In this document: positions 13,223 through 64,000 of the stretch, one piece after another
Position numbering within the stretch: position 1 is the stretch's first letter
How the letters are laid out: each line of letters starts with the position of its first letter
Source: Octopus sinensis
Taxonomy: Eukaryota
Length of the DNA stretch: 64,000 bases
Assembly (NCBI RefSeq): GCF_006345805.1
Contig: NC_043021.1
Coordinates: 11,470,001 to 11,534,000 of the forward strand
Direction of reading: 5' to 3'
Notes under the pieces: model-generated
Seen by the model: the letters and a program-made list of their open reading frames with translations, nothing else
Databases searched by the model: none
Told to the model about the DNA's origin: nothing
Position numbers and translations under genes: made by a program

Positions 13223-13789
13223 CATAAAGATGACACTCTTTGTTTACTACTCTATAATCATACATATTCTAGACCATATGTTTATTTAGTTCCATACCAG
13301 GCTATTAGTCTCACTATATCTAAGCTATATATATATAAAATGGTACTTTTTATATATATAAGCTTAAAGCTTATGCCAATCACCATCAAATTGACAATAC
13401 CTGTATAGGTGCGCAGTGTGCCACACATCAGATGCTGAAGTGATTGCAGAGCAATGCAAGATGAAGGTATATTTTGCTCAAGAACATAACACAGTGCTCA
13501 GGGGGTCCAGGAATTGAAACCACAATTTTGTGATTGCGAGAGCAACACCCTAACCCAGTAGGCCATGAGCTTTCACCTTCACTCCAAGTAATCAATTGGG
13601 ACAAGCAGATGACCAATACGCAATTAGTGTACATGCTCAACACAGAAAGAGGAAGAATGAAATTAAGAGACGGGGGGGGGGGGGCGTAGGAGAAACCAAA
13701 CTTTAGTGGGAACAGTAGGAGTTATGGCGGTGGTAGCAAAAGTCAGAGTACAAATAGTGGTGGTGACTGTAACAGTAGTGATGGCAGAG

Positions 13790-14120
13790 GTCGTAGTAGT
13801 GGTGGTGATGGTGGGTTGCGAGCTCAGTCATGGCTTCGGGATGTGATCATCCTCCTTGGTAACATGTCCCCAGTTCAGCTAGTTCCAGCTGAGCATACTA
13901 ATACAGGGAGCCCTACATCCAGGGACATGCGTCCCCACCATCACCACCACAACTGAAAACCACTGCAACACCAGATTGACATCTGGTGCAGAGAGAGTCC
14001 TTTCGTCTCGTATGAAGATGAGGAGCTCTTCAAGCCTTGGTTTTGACAATCACATCATCGAGATGTCTCGATTAAAAATAAAAACATTGTTGATGGTGAA
14101 CCTCATACCCTGCAGTGACG
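13790..14120 (-). mobile_element. Possible decayed L1/Tx1 ORF1 (zinc-knuckle) relic
   Basis: Minus-strand fragments VPGCRAPC and GHVTKE loosely resemble a gag knuckle; weak. Confidence 0.25.
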
Positions 14121-14644
14121 CCCTTGGTTAAGCTATTTTTTAAAATAAAAAAATACAAAAGGTAAACTTTATAATTAATTACGATCAGGGTTCAAATAAT
14201 CCAGGGTACTACATATAATAATATTATAGGGTTTGATTCAGCCCCTGTTGTTACATTAGGTCCCACTTCAGAACCTGTGTGGTAACGCAGAATTGTGAGC
14301 TCAGGGAAAGATTTGGGTGGTCACCAAAGAAAGACAGAAGTAATACTATATTACTAGTGGTGCTGGTACACTAGTAATAATAATAGTTACATGGTGTTAA
14401 GAGTTTTGAGAAGGCCCTGTCATTGCTGTTGCCTATTAAATGATAACCGCGCACACACTATATCTCTGCTGCCTAGCAACCCTTCAGTCGTACCCCACTA
14501 TAGCCCATACAGTACTTCATACTGATACACACTATACCCTTTGACCATCCACATTAACTTCTCTCTCCCCCTCATATATATATATGTATATATATGTATG
14601 TATATAAAAGAGTTTGTATGATTGCATATTAAACAATATATAAG

Positions 14645-14855
14645 TCAATGAAATTCCAACAGTCTGATTTTCACATTTTTTTTTTATTTGCAATTTTTAC
14701 AATACCGAAATAAACTAGTACTTTCTTGTGTTTACACAACCATGGCAGTCACGTTCCACAATTGACAACCTTGTTGAAAGAACTAGTTTATTTCAGTATT
14801 GTAAAAATTGCAAATAATAATAAGTGAAAATCAGACTAAGTTGGAATTTCATTGA
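14645..14855. repeat. About 210-bp fold-back (inverted repeat, MITE-like)
   Basis: Arm TCAATGAAATTCCAAC-AGTCTGATTTTCAC...TATTTGCAATTTTTACAATAC-GAAATAAACTAGT is matched by its reverse complement on the right. Confidence 0.85.
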
Positions 14856-16103
14856 TCAATATATATAAATTTAAGATACAATATATGGATTCTAGTAATC
14901 CGGTAGCACTCATAAAAATAAGCTCCTTAATGTATCATTATACAAAACATATAGAATATATATATATAGTATGGTACAAGAGAGTACAATAAGGAGTGTA
15001 TACAATCATAAATGACAGAGAAATAATTTGTCGTGATGTTAGAATTTTCTTACTGTCAAATAAAATTTCTTCAAACTGTTTTTCTATCATTTAGAACTAT
15101 ATATATACACACATATATATATGTGTGTGTTTGGTTTGATGTTTAATTAGTTATAATAGAAACAATTTGACATTAATCTGATGGGTTACGCTGTACTTCT
15201 GTAGAGTACAAATTTATCGTTCTTATAAAGAATGTTGTTGACAGTGACTTTGAAGCCTTTGCCAGCTATGGACTGTCCATTGGTGGCCTAGCTGGCTGAA
15301 ACTTCGAAGCCACTATCAAAAAAATTCTTGTATAAGAATAATAAATATTAAGATATATATATGTGTGTGTGTGTGACTCCATTTCTATCATATGTCCACC
15401 ACCTCCCCTTTTTCTGTATATCCATTGCATGCCTGTCCTCCATCTCTCTCTCTCTATATATATATATATATCTTTCTGTCTATTTCTACCGTATGTCTAC
15501 CTCCTTCTTTCTGTATATCCATTGCAGGCTTCTCTCCTTCCCTCTCTTTCTATACACCTGTTGCATATCTGGTGTATCTATCTCTCTCTCTTTCTCCGTG
15601 TCTCCATCTGTCTGTCTGTCTACCTCCCTCTCTCTACAAACCAAGAAGTAAAAAGATAAAAGAAATACCACTCTAGTACAGTTATTATTCCTTATGGTAA
15701 GCCCACATGCTGGGATTTTATTTCCCTTTTGATTCTCACACAAAATACTGAGCTGACACAGGCATCGGAGGGAGGTAGCAGAGAAAGAGGAAATCCCATC
15801 CACCCTAGCACCACACAAAGCCTCCATAATAAAATTAAAACTGGCTGCTTTCGTCCAAAATTAATACATAAATCTAATATACACTAGCACAACTCCCTGA
15901 TAATGATAATAAAACTGTCTAGTTAATAAAAGCAACACACACATATCATACCCTGGGTAGCCACAGCAATACAGAGAGGAGGGAGGGATATTGGGGTGGG
16001 GGTGACAATTCAGTTAAATCTATCATGATTCTGCTATAAGCACAAGGCCGGAGATTTTAGAGGGGAGGGGGCTAGTCGATTACATCATCCCCACAAACAC
16101 ATA

Positions 16104-16389
16104 TACACCATGTTTGCTCATGTATATAAGTTGCACTCGTATATGTCACACTCATGTATAAGTCACGCTCGTGTATAAGTCGAACTTGTTTATAAGTCAC
16201 ATTCACGTATAAGTCACGCTTGTGTATAAATTATGTGTATGTATAAGTTGTACCCCAAGTTTAGTGCTAATTTCAAACTCGATGTCAGCTTTGCTCCATA
16301 TATTAATCACACCCCAGGGTTTTTGTTTTTTTTTACAGTAAAAAAATCAAGTGTAAAACAGTGCAACATATACATGTGTAAATGCAGTA
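16104..16389. mobile_element. pogo/Tc2-like MITE with internal about 17-bp GTATAAGTCAC repeats
   Basis: Degenerate TIRs of the TACCGTATTT...TATAAGTCGCAC type with subterminal repeats. Confidence 0.5.
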
Positions 16390-16572
16390 TTTTATGGTGA
16401 GAAACTAAGCTAAACACTCGCTGCATTCACTAAAATGCATCAACACCAGTACATTGCACTTGTTGCAGCTGAAGTATTGAGTAAAGGCAAAAAAGATAAG
16501 CGGAAGACAAGGTGCTGCTTTGCTTAATCTATCATAAGAAGCAATGATGAAACCTTGGTAGGACAAAAAATG

Positions 16573-16826
16573 GTAGAGTCCACAAGACCAGGTTATGGTA
16601 CAGTCAACACTCAGGCTGGGTAATGTACACTGCACATCCAGACTGGGTAATGTACAGTTCAAAACCAGGTGGGGCAATGGCACAGTCCACATCCAGACTG
16701 GGTAATGGTATGGTCCACATCCAGACTAGGTAATGGTGCAGTCCACAACCAGATCAGGTAATGGTACAGTCCACAAGTGTGGACAATGGTAGAGCCCACA
16801 TTCAGTAGGTAGGTAGAACAGTCATA
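16573..16826. repeat. About 28-bp minisatellite (TCCACATCCAGACTGGGTAATGGTACAG), about 9 diverged copies
   Basis: Direct reading. Confidence 0.8.
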
Positions 16827-16994
16827 CATGTACCATCCTTCATACCTGGGTACATTCTAAATCAATCACTAACGCCATACCCATCTTAGTTGTTACACAC
16901 ACTGGTTACCACACATGTACCATGCTACATGCACCCTGGATAGCCACAGGGAGGGGATATGAAGGGTGGTGGGAGTGATAATTCTGTCAAATCT

Positions 16995-17812
16995 GTATTA
17001 TGATTCTACTCTAAGCACATGACCTAAAATTTTTGAGGGGATGGGGCTAGTTGATTATATCAATGCCTAGTGGTGTGTGTGTGTGTGTGCTTGACTGGGA
17101 CTTATTTTATTGATCCCCCAAAAAGATGAAAGGAAAAGTCGACCGTGGCGGAATTTGAACTCAGGACGTAAAGACAGATGACATGCTGCTAAACATGTTT
17201 TTCTAATTTTGGCACAAGGCCAGCAATTCTGGTGAGAGGGAGTGGCAGGGAGGGGGATTAATTAATTATATTGACCCCAGTGGGCAACTGGTACTTATTC
17301 TATTGACCTCCTCCCCTAAAAGATGAACGGCAAAGTCAACACTGGCCAAATTTGAGCTCAGAATATAAAGATAAATGACATGCTGCTAAGCATTTTTTTC
17401 TAATTTTCGCACAAGGCCAGCAATTTTGATGGGAAGAAGGTGGGGGTAGGGATGGCTAATTAATTACATTGCCCCCTGTGATCAGCCGATACTTCAATTA
17501 TTGACACCCTTCCCTAAAAGGATGAACGGTAAAGTCAACCTCGGCTACATTGGAATTGAGAACGTAAAGATGGTCACTATGCTGCTAAGCAATTTTTTAA
17601 ATAATTTTGGCACAAGGCCAGTAGTTTTGATGCAAGGGAGGGCTAATTAATTACAATGAAACTAGTAGTCAACTGGTACTTATTTTATTGAGCCACCCCC
17701 TAAAAGATGAAAGCAAAGTTGACCGTAGCAGAATTTGAACTCAGAGCATAAAGATGGACAAAACACCACTAAGCATCTTGTCCAGTATGCTAACGATTCT
17801 GTCAGCTCACTA
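16995..17812 (-). mobile_element. Head-to-tail array of 4 family-A tRNA-headed SINEs
   Basis: Minus-strand head GGCGGCGAGCTGGCAGAA...GTTCAAATTC and core GTCGACTTTGCCTTTCATCC...GATAAA...GTACCAG repeated about every 200 bp. Confidence 0.85.
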
Positions 17813-18975
17813 CCTTTAGTCTGTATTATTACGGCACTCCGTCGGTTACGACGAGGGTTCCAGTCGATCCGATCAATGGAACAGCCTCCTCGTGAAATTA
17901 ACGTGCAAGTGGCTGAGCACTCCACAGACACGCGTTACCCTTAATGTAGTTCTCCAGGGAGATTCAGCGTGACACAGAGTGTAACAAGGCTGGCCCTTTA
18001 AAATACAGGTACAACAGAAACAGGAAGAAAGAGCGAGAGAAAGTTGTGGTGAAAGAGTACAGCAGGGTTCGCCAAGTCTCGTGGAGCTTTAAGTGTTTTC
18101 GCTCAATAAACACAACGCCTAGTCTGGGAATCGAAACTGCGATCCTATGACCGCAAGTCAGCTGCCCTAACCACTGGGCCATTGTGCCTCCACAGTCTGT
18201 ATTATAATACAAGAAAGACAGGGTGAGTGCAGAGAGAGAAAGGAAAAGGAGGAAGAGAGAAGGGAGGAGAATCAACGTTTGAGGAGAGGAGGAGTATTGA
18301 CTTCAATGATAGTGGGAGGTGCAGGCAGAGAGAGAGTTGTGAAATGAAGAGGTTTTGTAAAATATATGAGGAGGAGGAGGTGTAAAGTAAAAGGTGAAAC
18401 CATTTTACCGAACTTTGTTGTAGTTACTACATGAAGGGGGTGGGGAGAGTACCCCCTCCACCCGCTAACCTTCCAGCCCCCTCCCCATTCCTACCAAAAG
18501 GCAAAGAATAAGAAAAAAAAATGAAAACAAGAAATGAAGGCTGAAGAATCCCCTCTTCTTCCCCCACTCTGCTCCACCCGACCCATCCAACCCCACTTCA
18601 TCCACACTAGGGAGAAAGAGGGAGAGAGAGAGTGGGTGGGGAGGTGGTGGTGGCGTCTAAACCATGTCACACTTTAACACATCGCATCCGAGTCTGTGAC
18701 GCCAGGGGAGGTCACAGTGGCACAGCATTATACAGAACGGAAAGAGAAGGCAGAAGAGGTCCGAGAAGACTTTAAGGAGAGCAAGAGAGAGAGAGAATGA
18801 ATAAAGGGGGGAGCAGCGCGGCGGTGGCATTGTGGCCGGTCATTGATACGGTTCATTGGCTGTTGTGGAAAAGAACAAAAGGACAGAGGGGAGGGAGGCA
18901 ATGACGGTGGCACGAGGTGGGGGAAGGGGAAAATGGGTCGGATGGGGTAAGGGTGGGTTTTGGGAGGATGATGTG

Positions 18976-63660
<44,685 letters not shown>

Positions 63661-63741
63661 CTGAAACAAACAAAAAACACAAAGAAATGAGATAAAAACA
63701 AAAAAAAAAAGAGATAAACTGAGAGTGGAAACAGAATAACT

Positions 63742-63898
63742 GCAGTGGTGGTGGAGTGTAGTGGTGGTGGTGTGTAGTGGAGGTGGTGGTGGTGGTAGTG
63801 GTGTTGTGTAGTGGAGGTGGTGTGTAGTGGTGGTGGTGTGTAGTGGTGGTGTGTAGTGGAGGTGGTGGTGGTGTGTAGTGGTGGTGGTGTGTAGTGCC
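63742..63898. repeat. (GGT/GTA)n repeat just upstream of the ankyrin exon acceptor
   Basis: Direct reading. Confidence 0.9.
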
Positions 63899-64000
63899 AC
63901 TGTGCATTTTGCCCCATGTGTTAATGATTCTGCCAGCTCACCACCTTAAATATAATAATAATCCTTTCTACTATAGGCTCAAGGCCTGAAATTTTGGGGA

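Noticed and set aside
16995-17812. Regularly spaced repeats resembling a CRISPR array
   Set aside because: Units are whole about 200-bp SINEs in a eukaryotic gene region; no unique spacers and no cas genes.

Overview
This is AT-rich, repeat-dense animal genomic DNA, most likely an octopus (coleoid cephalopod), judged from its SINE/MITE families and microsatellite load; the species is an inference. One protein-coding gene is present, on the minus strand: the single invertebrate co-orthologue of the ARF GTPase-activating proteins GIT1/GIT2. I reconstructed 15 phase-consistent coding exons (63660 down to the stop at 18976; 1917 nt, 638 aa plus stop). They encode the last ankyrin repeat(s), the Spa2-homology domain, the coiled coil and the C-terminal paxillin-binding domain; the N-terminal ArfGAP exons lie beyond the right edge. 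The rest is intron, probable 3' UTR and downstream DNA filled with at least four SINE families, mariner/pogo/hAT/piggyBac elements, RTE, L1/Tx1 and Penelope relics, micro- and minisatellites and a 1.3-kb tandem duplication. Most ORF-track entries are microsatellite artefacts. There is no prokaryotic or CRISPR system. The best leads are at the RNA level: a GC-AG intron, an in-frame alternative donor at the site where vertebrate GIT1 has a splice insert, a 54-nt cassette-like exon with an RBFOX motif, a candidate poison exon whose junction stop could be recoded by A-to-I editing, three decayed Penelope-type hammerhead ribozymes, and many fold-back hairpins and inverted SINE pairs around exons. 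All of these are hypotheses that need RNA data.
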